Under the pieces are notes generated by a model, which worked only from the letters and a program-made list of their open reading frames with translations, did no database searches and was not told the origin of the DNA. Positions 31,102 through 39,819 of a DNA stretch of 64,000 nt are shown here, in pieces (position 1 is the first letter of the stretch; each line of letters starts with the position of its first letter). Made by a program: the position numbers and the translations under genes. The stretch is from Candidatus Micrarchaeaceae archaeon. Its GTDB lineage: Bacteria; Chloroflexota; Dormibacteria; Aeolococcales; Bog-877. The stretch is from contig DATKSI010000031.1 in assembly GCA_035531715.1 (NCBI GenBank), forward strand, positions 9,673 to 73,672, written 5' to 3'.

Positions 31102-32412
31102 ATGGCAGAGAAGCGAGACCAGCCAGCTCGCGGCGACCGGCCCCGGCCGTCGGACTCCGAAGTGAGCCGCCTGGCCGACCCCGTGGCAGAGCCCGAGGAC
31201 GGCCCCCGGGAGGAGGCGGAGGGACGGTCCGATCTGCTCCCGCGCAAGGCCAACGGACTCGTCTTCGGCCGGGGCTCCTGGCGTCGGCGCAAGCCATCCT
31301 CGGAGATCGCCGCGGCGTCAAGCTCACCGGCGGCCGCGGTGGCTCCGGCGCAGTACGAGCTGGCGCCCGACGACCCGATCGTCGGCTACCTGCAGAACTC
31401 CAGCGGTGCCGTCGACATCACCACCTTGAACTTCGACTCGCCAGCTCTGACCGCGATGCGGCAGGAGGGGGTGGTGATGGTGGTGCCGCTGGTCTCCTCG
31501 GGCGAGCTGATCGGGCTGCTCAGCCTGGGACCACGCCTCTCCGAGGGCGGATATTCGACCGATGACCGTCATCTCCTGGCCACGTTGGCGGGCTATGCGG
31601 CACCAGCCATGCGGGTCGGGCAGCTGGTCAATCAGCAGGCCGCCGAGGCCCGCGACCGGGAGCGGATCGAACAAGAGCTCAAGGTCGCCCAGCTGATCCA
31701 GCAGCAGTTCCTGCCCAAGGAGGTCCCCAACCTGCCCGGCTGGCACGTGGCGGCTTTTTACCAGCCAGCCCGGACGATTGGGGGCGACTTCTACGACTTC
31801 ATCGCACTGCCTGATCAACGGATCATGCTGGTGGTGGGCGACGTGACGGACAAAGGGGTGCCGGCCGCCTTGGTGATGGCCAGCACCCACGCTCTGCTGC
31901 GCTCCTCCGCGCCTCGACTGATCTCCCCCGGCCAGGTGCTGGCGCGGATCAACGACCTGCTCTGCGCGGATATCCCGGCCCACATGTTCGTGACCTGTTT
32001 GGCGCTGGTGCTGGACCCCGCCACCGGGCAGATCGAATACGCGAACGCCGGCCATGATCTGCCCTACCTGCGCACCGCCGAAGGGGTGGTGGAGCTCCGG
32101 GCCACCGGAATGCCCCTGGGGCTGATGCCGGGGATGGAGTACGAGATGAAGGCGCGCCAGCTGAGTCCCGGCGACTGCATCCTCTTGCACAGCGACGGGC
32201 TGGCCGAAGCCCACAACCCCAACCGGGAGATGTTCGGCTTCCCCCGGGTCTCCGAGCTGGCCGGGCGGGGGCCATCTGGCGAGGAGTTGATCGAACTCTG
32301 TCTCCGGGAGCTGGCCAGCTTCACCGGGCCGGCACACGAGCAGGAGGATGACATCACCCTGGTATCGCTGCAGAGGCTGCCCCTGCAAGATCAAGTGGGA
32401 GGCGGATCATGA
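31102..32412 (+). CDS. PP2C-family serine phosphatase (RsbU/SpoIIE type) with an N-terminal disordered region and a GAF-like sensor segment
   Basis: PP2C motifs GGDFYDF, VVGDVTDKGVPAALVMA, HSDGLAEAHN. About 190 aa of low-complexity / GAF-like sequence upstream. Confidence 0.85.
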   Translation: MAEKRDQPARGDRPRPSDSEVSRLADPVAEPEDGPREEAEGRSDLLPRKANGLVFGRGSWRRRKPSSEIAAASSSPAAAVAPAQYELAPDDPIVGYLQNSSGAVDITTLNFDSPALTAMRQEGVVMVVPLVSSGELIGLLSLGPRLSEGGYSTDDRHLLATLAGYAAPAMRVGQLVNQQAAEARDRERIEQELKVAQLIQQQFLPKEVPNLPGWHVAAFYQPARTIGGDFYDFIALPDQRIMLVVGDVTDKGVPAALVMASTHALLRSSAPRLISPGQVLARINDLLCADIPAHMFVTCLALVLDPATGQIEYANAGHDLPYLRTAEGVVELRATGMPLGLMPGMEYEMKARQLSPGDCILLHSDGLAEAHNPNREMFGFPRVSELAGRGPSGEELIELCLRELASFTGPAHEQEDDITLVSLQRLPLQDQVGGGS

Positions 32413-32876
32413 GGGAGCAGGCGACCAGGGAGCTGGCGGCCTTCTCGGTTCCCAGCGAGCCCGGCAACGAGCGCCAGGCACTGGTGCTGCTGGCCGAGGC
32501 GGTCTCCGCCTCCGGACTCTCAGCGACCCAATTGGAGCGGCTGAAGACGGCCGTCGCCGAGGCCACCATGAACGCCATCGAGCACGGAAACCACCAGCGA
32601 TCTGACCTCCCGGTGGAGCTGCGGGTCATGGAGGAGGAAGGCGCGGTGGTGGTGTCCATCAGCGACTGGGGCGGGGCGACCAGCAGCGATCAGGCTCCCG
32701 AGGAGCCGGATCTCGACCGGAAACTGGCCGGGCTGCAGACGCCGCGCGGCTGGGGGCTCTTTCTGATCCGGAATATGGTGGACGCGGCAGATGAGGTGAG
32801 CGAAGGAGAGCGGCACACCGTGCGTCTCACCATGCGAGTGGTCGGGTCTTCGGAGAGTTCGAGGAGCCAGGGATGA
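32409..32876 (+). CDS. anti-sigma regulatory factor (RsbW/SpoIIAB-like serine kinase, HATPase_c)
   Basis: N-box EATMNAIEHG and G-box ISDWGGA. The start overlaps the phosphatase stop. Confidence 0.75.
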   Translation: MREQATRELAAFSVPSEPGNERQALVLLAEAVSASGLSATQLERLKTAVAEATMNAIEHGNHQRSDLPVELRVMEEEGAVVVSISDWGGATSSDQAPEEPDLDRKLAGLQTPRGWGLFLIRNMVDAADEVSEGERHTVRLTMRVVGSSESSRSQG

Positions 32877-33235
32877 ACACCACATTCGGGGTCCAGTTTC
32901 GGGCCATCGAGGGAGGGGTGGTGCTGGAGCTGTCCGGCGACATCGATGGGACCGCCAGCAAGGTACTGACCGAGGCCTACGGGGGGGCCGTGGCGGAGAA
33001 CAATCCGAAGCGCGTGCTGTTGGACTTCACCCACGTCGAATACATCAACTCCAGCGGCATCGCCCTGATCGTCAGCGTGCTGGCCCTGGCCCGGCTGGAA
33101 CACCGCCAGGTGCTGGCCAGCGGGCTCTCCGATCACTACCGAGAGATCTTCGAGATCACCCGCCTCTCCGAGTTCATCGAACTGCACGGTGATCTCGCCG
33201 GGGCGATCAGCCAGATAGCGGAAGCGGCGCGTTGA
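32873..33235 (+). CDS. STAS-domain anti-sigma factor antagonist (RsbV/SpoIIAA-like)
   Basis: 120 aa. Conserved phosphorylatable Ser context YINSSGIALIV. Overlaps the upstream kinase stop. Confidence 0.85.
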   Translation: MNTTFGVQFRAIEGGVVLELSGDIDGTASKVLTEAYGGAVAENNPKRVLLDFTHVEYINSSGIALIVSVLALARLEHRQVLASGLSDHYREIFEITRLSEFIELHGDLAGAISQIAEAAR

Positions 33236-33266
33236 GCGCGCCGGCGCAGCCGAGGGAGGTGAGCTT

Positions 33267-33623
33267 GTGAACGCACCCGTGGTGACGATGGACGTTCGCC
33301 GGGGGCCGAATGGAACCGCAATCGTCGACATCAAAGGGGAGGTGACCTCCGCCTGCGAGTCGGTCTTGATGACGGCGTACGAGAGCGCGGGTGGTGCCGA
33401 CGCCAAGCGGGTCGTGTTGAACTTCACCGCGCTCGACTACATGAACAGCGGCGGCATCGGAATGCTGGTCACCCTCTTGGTGCGGGCCAATCGGCAACAC
33501 CAGCGGCTGGCAGCCTTCGGGCTCAGCGACCACTACCGCCAGATCTTTGAGCTCACCCGCTTGGACGAGGCGATCGCGATCTATCCGGACGAGCAAGCTG
33601 CGCTCGCGGGCGCGGCAGGCTGA
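33267..33623 (+). CDS. STAS-domain anti-sigma factor antagonist, tandem paralog
   Basis: 118 aa, clearly paralogous to the upstream gene (…LNFTALDYMNSGGIGMLV…GLSDHYRQIFELTRL…). GGGAGG RBS. Confidence 0.85.
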   Translation: MNAPVVTMDVRRGPNGTAIVDIKGEVTSACESVLMTAYESAGGADAKRVVLNFTALDYMNSGGIGMLVTLLVRANRQHQRLAAFGLSDHYRQIFELTRLDEAIAIYPDEQAALAGAAG

Positions 33624-33633
33624 GGAGTCAGAC

Positions 33634-34413
33634 ATGGCAGATGCAGACCGTTCCCAGGAGACCAACGGAGTCGGCGCGGTGGAGGCGAAGCCGGATGCGG
33701 GCCCGGCTCTGCCGCGGAACGCGTCCAGCTGGGCGACCAAGGTGGATCGCCTCCAGGTGGAGCAGCGGGAGGGGGTGCGCGGCACCAACGTCTCGGGCCG
33801 CAGGCTGACCAGCCCGATCCAGGGCTTCGGCAGGATGTGGCAGAAAACCTACACCACCAACCTGGGCGAGGCCGCGACTCCCAAAGAGGTGATCGCCACC
33901 TGGAAGGCTCACTTCCCCGAGTTCTGGCCCAAGGGCAACCGATTCGCTGGGGCGCTGGCCGGGATCAGTCCAGGCGACGTGGCGCTGCTCGACCTCTCCA
34001 TGGGGGGGGTGAAGCTGTCCACCGGGGTGTTCGTCCTCTACGCCGACGAGGAATCCTTCACCCTGATGACCCCGGAAGGGCACATGTTCGCCGGGTGGAT
34101 CTCATTTTCGGCGGAGAGCGGAGCGGCCGGGACAATCGCCCAGGCCCAGGTGTTGATGCGGGCAAATGACCCCCTGTACGAAATCGGCCTGACCTTCGGA
34201 GGGCACCGCAAGGAGGACCTTTTCTGGTCTCAGACGCTGACCGCCTTGGCCCAGCGGTTCGGCGTGAGCAGCCCCCTGATCGAGACCAAGAGCGTCTGCG
34301 TCGACCGCCGGCGGCAGTGGAGCAAGGCCGGGAACACTTGGCACAACGCGATGATTCGGAGCCTGCTCCAGACCGCGACCAGACCCTTCCGAGGTGGACG
34401 CCGGCGGAGCTGA
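33634..34413 (+). CDS. conserved hypothetical protein (unassigned DUF), last-but-one gene of the partner-switching operon
   Basis: Track ORF from 33547. The ATG at 33634 has a GAGGAG RBS (MADADRSQETNG…). No recognised catalytic motif. Confidence 0.6.
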   Translation: MADADRSQETNGVGAVEAKPDAGPALPRNASSWATKVDRLQVEQREGVRGTNVSGRRLTSPIQGFGRMWQKTYTTNLGEAATPKEVIATWKAHFPEFWPKGNRFAGALAGISPGDVALLDLSMGGVKLSTGVFVLYADEESFTLMTPEGHMFAGWISFSAESGAAGTIAQAQVLMRANDPLYEIGLTFGGHRKEDLFWSQTLTALAQRFGVSSPLIETKSVCVDRRRQWSKAGNTWHNAMIRSLLQTATRPFRGGRRRS

Positions 34414-34432
34414 GGGCGGAACATCTCACCGC

Positions 34433-35920
34433 ATGAGTGATGCCGTGGACGCCATCGTCGTGGGCAGCGGGCCCAACGGGTTGGCCGCGGCAGTCACCCT
34501 GGCGGCGGCCGGGCTTCAGGTCCTGGTCATCGAAGGTGCCGCGACGGCCGGGGGGGGTTGCCGGACCGAGGAGCTGACCCTGCCCGGGTACCGCCATGAT
34601 CTGTGCTCGACAGCCCACCCGCTGGCGGCGGCTTCCTCGTTCTTCCAGCGGTTCGACCTTCCCTCCCGAGGGGTGCGCCTGGTTCACCCAGAGGTGGTCT
34701 TCGCCCATCCCTTGGACGGAGGTCGGGCTGCCCTCGTCACCCGCTCGGTGGCTGAGACTGCGGCCGGCTTGGGGCGGGATCGACGTGCCTACCGCCGGCT
34801 GATGCGACCTCTGGTCAGGCATTCCCGACCGATTGCCGACTGGGTCTTTTCCGCCGAACGGCGTCCTCCCGGCCATCCTCTGGCGCTGGCCAGCTACGGC
34901 TTGCTCGGCATGCGCTCGGCCAGCGTGGTGGCACAGCGGTTCCGATCCCCGGAGGCGAGAGGTCTCTTCGCCGGGGTGGCAGCCCACGCCATGAGACCGC
35001 TCACCTCCTCCCCGACCGCCGGGGTGGGACTGCTCCTGACCCTCCTCGGCCACGCCGTCGGCTGGCCGTTCGTCGAGGGGGGGAGCAGTCGACTCACCGA
35101 TGCCATGGTGGCGGCGATCGAGTCGGGAGGAGGTCGGCTGCAGACCGGCTGGTGGGTCCGCTCGCTCGAGGAGTTGCCTCCCGCCCGGGCCGTGCTTTTG
35201 GACGTCACTCCCCGGAGATTTCTGGAGCTGGCCGGAGAGAGGGTGTCGGGACACTATCGGCGGTCGCTGGAGGGATTCCGCTACGGCTCGGGGATTTGCA
35301 AGGTTGACTTCGCCCTCTCCGGACCGGTTCCCTGGACCAATCCCGGCTGTCGGCTGGCGGGCACGGTCCACCTCGGTGGCACCTACGAAGAGGTCGCCCA
35401 CGCCGAGGCCGAGGTCGCCGCTGGTGTCCATCCCGTCTTCCCCTACGTACTGGTGGTGCAGGCGGGTACCGCCGATCCGACTCGGGCTCCCAAAGGGGGG
35501 CAGACCCTCTGGGCCTACTGCCATGTCCCCCCCGGATCTGACGTCGATATGACCCCGCAGATCGAGGGCCAGATCGAGCGGTTCGCGCCCGGGTTCCGTG
35601 ACCTGGTGCTGGCCAAGGTCCATCGCACGGCCCAGGAACAGGAGGCCCATAACCCCAACTGCATCGGCGGCGACATCGCCTCCGGAAGCCAGAATCTGCG
35701 GCAGACGTTTTTCCGACCGGCAGCCCGCTGGGACCCCTACCGGACGCCGCTGGCCGATACCTATCTCTGCTCTTCTTCAACCACCCCGGGGCCGGGAGTT
35801 CACGGCCGCTGCGGCGAGCTCGCCGCCCTGTCCGCGCTGCGTCACACCTTCAAGATCTCGCCGGATCCCGATTTCCGCCGACTCGCGCCCCCTCCGACGG
35901 CGCCTCCCGCCATCCGCTGA
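34433..35920 (+). CDS. NAD(P)/FAD-dependent oxidoreductase (phytoene desaturase/CrtI-like amine-oxidase fold)
   Basis: ATG at 34433. N-terminal dinucleotide motif DAIVVGSGPNGLAAAVTLAAAGLQVLVIE. Confidence 0.8.
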   Translation: MSDAVDAIVVGSGPNGLAAAVTLAAAGLQVLVIEGAATAGGGCRTEELTLPGYRHDLCSTAHPLAAASSFFQRFDLPSRGVRLVHPEVVFAHPLDGGRAALVTRSVAETAAGLGRDRRAYRRLMRPLVRHSRPIADWVFSAERRPPGHPLALASYGLLGMRSASVVAQRFRSPEARGLFAGVAAHAMRPLTSSPTAGVGLLLTLLGHAVGWPFVEGGSSRLTDAMVAAIESGGGRLQTGWWVRSLEELPPARAVLLDVTPRRFLELAGERVSGHYRRSLEGFRYGSGICKVDFALSGPVPWTNPGCRLAGTVHLGGTYEEVAHAEAEVAAGVHPVFPYVLVVQAGTADPTRAPKGGQTLWAYCHVPPGSDVDMTPQIEGQIERFAPGFRDLVLAKVHRTAQEQEAHNPNCIGGDIASGSQNLRQTFFRPAARWDPYRTPLADTYLCSSSTTPGPGVHGRCGELAALSALRHTFKISPDPDFRRLAPPPTAPPAIR

Positions 35921-36051
35921 AGCGGACCGAGCCTCTTCCGGTGGGTGCCCGCGTCGGCCAGCTGGTTCGCTTCGCGACCAGGCGCCTAACTTCGACCCAA
36001 GAGCCGCGGGTCGAGGCGAGCTCAGACGGGGGCCGGGCTCACCTCGGTCAG

Positions 36052-36732
36052 CTACCCCCGGGCCCCGACCGGCGCGGACTGGCCCCCAAGCGGTGCCCGC
36101 GCGGCGGCGAGTCCTCGCCGCGGCACCAGAACCTCGTCGATCAGTCCGTATTCCAGCGCTTCGTTGGCGGTCAGGTAATAGTCCCGATCGATGTCCCGCT
36201 CCACCTGTTCCAGAGGCCGTCCGGAGTGGTGGGCCAGGATCTCCGCCATCCGCTGGGTGTTGGCCAGCACCTCGCGGAGCTGGATCTCCATGTCGCGGGG
36301 AGCACCCCTGGTGCCTGCCGATCCCTGGTGGATCATGATTTTGGAGCTGGGCAGCGCCAGCCGCTTGCCAGCGGCCCCACCACAGAGGATCATCGCGGCC
36401 GCCGACATCGCCATCCCGATGCAGAAGGTCGAGACCTCACAGGTGACGTGCTGCATGACGTCGTAGATGGCCATCCCTGAGTAGGCCAGTCCGCCGGGAG
36501 AGTTGATGTAGAGGTGGATGTCCCGTTCCGGATCCTGACCCTCCAGGTACAGGATCTCGGCGACCAGGAGATTGGCAATCTGGTCGTCCACCTCCTGGCC
36601 CAAGAACACGATCCGCTCCTTGAGCAGCAGCGAGTAGATGTCGTAGGCCCGCTCGCCGCGCATCGACTGGTCCAGAACTGTGGGGATGACCGATCCCAAA
36701 TGGGGTACGGCGCCGCTCTGATTTCGGTACAT
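36052..36732 (-). CDS. clpP: ATP-dependent Clp protease proteolytic subunit
   Basis: The catalytic triad context is intact: GMAMSAAA (Ser), IMIHQ (His), DIDRDYYL (Asp). The N-terminus IPTVLDQSMRGERAYDIYSLLLKERIVFLG is canonical. It has a C-terminal about 25-aa Ala/Gly/Arg extension. No clpX is adjacent. Confidence 0.9.
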   Translation of the reverse strand: MYRNQSGAVPHLGSVIPTVLDQSMRGERAYDIYSLLLKERIVFLGQEVDDQIANLLVAEILYLEGQDPERDIHLYINSPGGLAYSGMAIYDVMQHVTCEVSTFCIGMAMSAAAMILCGGAAGKRLALPSSKIMIHQGSAGTRGAPRDMEIQLREVLANTQRMAEILAHHSGRPLEQVERDIDRDYYLTANEALEYGLIDEVLVPRRGLAAARAPLGGQSAPVGARG

Positions 36733-36836
36733 TTGCCCGTACTTCCTCGCCTTGGCATCTCACTGACGGTATCTCTCATATAAGATATCAGATGAAAGAT
36801 GGCGGATCGGAGCCAGTCGCAGCTACGGGAGGTTAG

Positions 36837-37112
36837 ATGGCCGGACGCACCCACGACCCGGTTTTTCCGGGCTTCGCTCAGATGGCGGCCCGACGCCGGA
36901 GCCTGGCCTCCGAGCTGACCACCCGTCGCATGAATCTGCGACTCTCGCAGACTGAGGTCGCCGCCCGTATGGGCACCTCCCAGTCCGCGGTCGCTCGCCT
37001 GGAATCGGGCCTAGCTGACGTTCGGCTCTCCACTTTGGAGAGATATGCGGCGGCCCTGGAACAGAGACTCGACTGGCGGCTCGAGGCCCGGCAAGATGCC
37101 CTGGAAGACTGA
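36837..37112 (+). CDS. XRE family helix-turn-helix transcriptional regulator
   Basis: HTH_XRE segment LRLSQTEVAARMGTSQSAVARLESG. 91 aa. Divergent from clpP. Confidence 0.75.
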   Translation: MAGRTHDPVFPGFAQMAARRRSLASELTTRRMNLRLSQTEVAARMGTSQSAVARLESGLADVRLSTLERYAAALEQRLDWRLEARQDALED

Positions 37113-37722
37113 CGCGGTCAAAGGAGGCCGGCCGGCCGCCGACTCTCCCCCCTCCCCCGGAGACTTCAGGCAGTCACCGTTGGGCGAATATCTGGATACG
37201 CGGATGTTCGAGCAGCGGGTGATCTGGATTCGTGGGCCACTCGACGATCAGGCGGCGACTGTCGCCGCCACTCAGCTGATGACCCTCGATGGCTCCGGCG
37301 ACGACAAGATCCAGCTCCACCTCAACAGCGGCGAGGGCACCCTCTCTGCCGCCTTGACTTTGATGGAAACTATTTTGGCTCTCGGCGTTCCGGTTGAAGG
37401 AATTTGCTCGGGACGCGCCGAAGGTGCCGCTCTAGGCGTGCTCGCGCTGGCGCCCTATCGATGGGCCAGCCTCCACTCCCGTCTTCGCCTCCACGACGAT
37501 GAGCTTGTGGTCGCGGGGAGTGCCGCCGCGATGCTCCAGGAGTTGAACCAGCATCAACGCCAGCTGGAGCGCTTCGTGGAGCTGGTGGCAAAAGCCACGG
37601 GACAGCCAGCGGAGCGAGTGGAAATCGACCTCGCTGACGGTCGTTATTTTGACCTCGAGGAGGCGATCGATTACCACCTCATCGACGGGATCTGGCAGGG
37701 GGGAACGCCCTCCCGCGGTTGA
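37096..37722 (+). CDS. ClpP-like protein lacking the catalytic serine (ClpR-like inactive paralog)
   Basis: It aligns to the ClpP fold (…RVIWIRGPLDDQAATVAATQLMTLDGSGDDKIQLHLNSGEGTL…). The catalytic GxAASMG is replaced by GRAEGAALG (Ser to Gly), while His (RLHDDE) and Asp (DLADGRYF) positions are retained. The start is uncertain: ATG at 37096 overlaps the XRE gene end, alternative at 37204. Confidence 0.7.
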   Translation: MPWKTDAVKGGRPAADSPPSPGDFRQSPLGEYLDTRMFEQRVIWIRGPLDDQAATVAATQLMTLDGSGDDKIQLHLNSGEGTLSAALTLMETILALGVPVEGICSGRAEGAALGVLALAPYRWASLHSRLRLHDDELVVAGSAAAMLQELNQHQRQLERFVELVAKATGQPAERVEIDLADGRYFDLEEAIDYHLIDGIWQGGTPSRG

Positions 37723-38629
37723 GTCCGCACCCTCCCTGTCCGAGGCGTCTGTGTCGGCACGAGGAGCGCGGGCGTCGGTGAGCTCTGGCACCGCTGCAGC
37801 GGACCAGCCCCAATTCCACCGAGCGGGGTTGGATGTCATTTGGTTGCCGCGGTGCGATTAGAAAACCGGGGTAGAGATCGCCACGAGCCACGGTCCCCAG
37901 CGGATCTTGCCCCACCGGCTCGCTGACGTCGGGGGCCGCCCTGGAGTGCAGCGCCCTGCTCCCATCTGACCGTGGTTGGTTCCGTAGCCCCCAGCAGTGC
38001 TCGGCGCCAGCCGGGCGCAGCTATCGGTTTCAGCTCATGCTCCGACGCTCGCTCAGGACAAATTCGCAGACGCCAGTGGCCCACTGCCAGGCCCCTCTCC
38101 GGTGAGGCTCATCAAGACGGCTCCGCGATCCCGGCGCCCGAATGGGTCCCGGCCGACGGTGGCCAGTTCGATCGCCTGCCGCCGCAGATCGCGGGGCTGG
38201 GCACCGCGTCGGCCACCGCCACCAGCAGCGACAGGTCGGCAGATTGATCCAGCAGCGAGAAGCGGTTCCGGTCCGAGTCCGGCAGTCGCTTGATCAACCC
38301 CGCCGAGCCGCCCCTTTCCAGAGCTGTATTCGAGGCCGCGCCCCGGTGATCCGGCACCTAAGTCTGCGGTCGCGCAGGAGCTCCGTTTCGCCCGGTAAAG
38401 CGACCGCCGCGACCTCCCAAAGGACGAGCGGATCTTTCTCCAAGGGATCCATCGCCGAGCCGGGTGGGTAGAGATCTCAGCCGGCGGGATTCTCAGGTGG
38501 ATAGTGGTGAAGGTCGGTCCCGGACGGAGATCGGGCCATGGTAGCCTGCCTGCGAACAGGTTGGGTGGCCGGCCGAGGCGGAGCGTTCGGCAGCGCCCAT
38601 GATCGCCACCAATTCCCAGAGGCTGCCGG

Positions 38630-39655
38630 TTGCGAGCGATAGTTTTCGAGCGATTCGGAGACCCGGAGGTACTCCACCTGGTCGACCGGCCCGAACCCGA
38701 CCCGGGTCCGGGCGAGGTCTTGGTTCGGGTCGCCTTCTCGGGAGTCAATCCGACCGACTGGAAAACTCGCCGGGGGCCGGGCCCGGGGCAACCCTCCGAG
38801 GATCCCCCCTTCCCGAAGATGGTCCCCAATCAGGACGGGGCCGGAACCATCGTCGAGGTCGGGGAGGGGGTGCCCGCGCAGCGCGTCGGCGAGCGGGTCT
38901 GGCTATGGGAGGCGGCCTGGCAGCGGGCCGACGGGACGGCCCAGGAACTGGTGACGCTGCCGGCGAGGCAAGCCGTGCCCCTGCCCGAAGGCGCCAGCCT
39001 GGAGCTGGGGGCCTGCCTCGGAATCCCCGCTCTCACCGCGCATCGGTGCCTCACCGTGACCGAGGACGGACCTCGTCACCTGGGTCCGGACACCCTGGCC
39101 GGCCGCGCGGTGCTGGTGGCGGGAGGAGCTGGGGCGGTGGGCCACGCCGCGATCGAGCTCGCCCGGTGGTCGGGCGCCCAGGTGGTGACCACGGTCAGTT
39201 CTCCCGAGAAGGCGGAGCTGGCCCGCGCCGCCGGGGCTCACCATGTGGTCAACTATCGATCAGAGGACGCCGCTCTGGCGGTACGGCGCCTCTTCCCCAA
39301 CGGTGTCGACATCATCGTGGAGGTTGCCCCCGGGGCCAACGCCGAGCTCGATCAGGCCGTGCTGGACCACCGGGGCACGATTGTGGCCTACGCCAGTGAC
39401 CGCGACTCCGTCGCCCTGAGAATCCGGCCCTTCATGGTGACCAACGCTCGGTATCAGTTCGTCTTGGTGTACACCGAGCCTGCGAGTGCCAAGAGCCGAG
39501 CCTTGGAGGACGTCCAGATGGCGGTTGCCGCCGGATCCCTCAAGGCGGGCAGAGAAGCTGGACTTCCGCTCCACCGCTTCCCGCTGGAGCGCGCCGCAGA
39601 GGCCCACCGCGCCGTCGAGGAAAACATCGTGGGCAAGGTCATTCTCGAGATTTAA
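38630..39655 (+). CDS. NADPH:quinone oxidoreductase / zinc-binding alcohol dehydrogenase family (MDR)
   Basis: TTG start. MRAIVFERFGDPEVL…, GGAGAVGHAAIELAR Rossmann motif. Confidence 0.85.
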   Translation: MRAIVFERFGDPEVLHLVDRPEPDPGPGEVLVRVAFSGVNPTDWKTRRGPGPGQPSEDPPFPKMVPNQDGAGTIVEVGEGVPAQRVGERVWLWEAAWQRADGTAQELVTLPARQAVPLPEGASLELGACLGIPALTAHRCLTVTEDGPRHLGPDTLAGRAVLVAGGAGAVGHAAIELARWSGAQVVTTVSSPEKAELARAAGAHHVVNYRSEDAALAVRRLFPNGVDIIVEVAPGANAELDQAVLDHRGTIVAYASDRDSVALRIRPFMVTNARYQFVLVYTEPASAKSRALEDVQMAVAAGSLKAGREAGLPLHRFPLERAAEAHRAVEENIVGKVILEI

Positions 39656-39819
39656 ACGAGGAGCGTCCTCGGTGCTTCGAGCGGGATCTTTTCCGGCTCC
39701 GCCACACTGGCCTGACGCTCCCGGCCTGCCCGCGTACCGACGACACTCGACTACGCTGGGATGGTGCGCACTTCCTTGGGGCTGAGATTGGAGGGCCGGT
39801 CCTGGACAATCCCGCCCAC

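Noticed and set aside
33207-33788. 193-aa minus-strand ORF overlapping both STAS genes
   Set aside because: Antisense to two clearly conserved paralogous STAS genes.
34058-35650. 530-aa minus-strand ORF antisense to the CrtI-like oxidoreductase; also 26215..28029 and 31324..32394 minus, 5505..6410 and 9272..10297
   Set aside because: All are antisense shadows of well-supported genes with low-complexity translations.
38053-38829. 258-aa minus-strand ORF spanning the gene-free region and the start of the quinone oxidoreductase
   Set aside because: Gly/Pro/Arg/Ser-rich junk translation. It overlaps a well-supported plus-strand gene. At most it reflects a decayed gene (reported separately as a finding).
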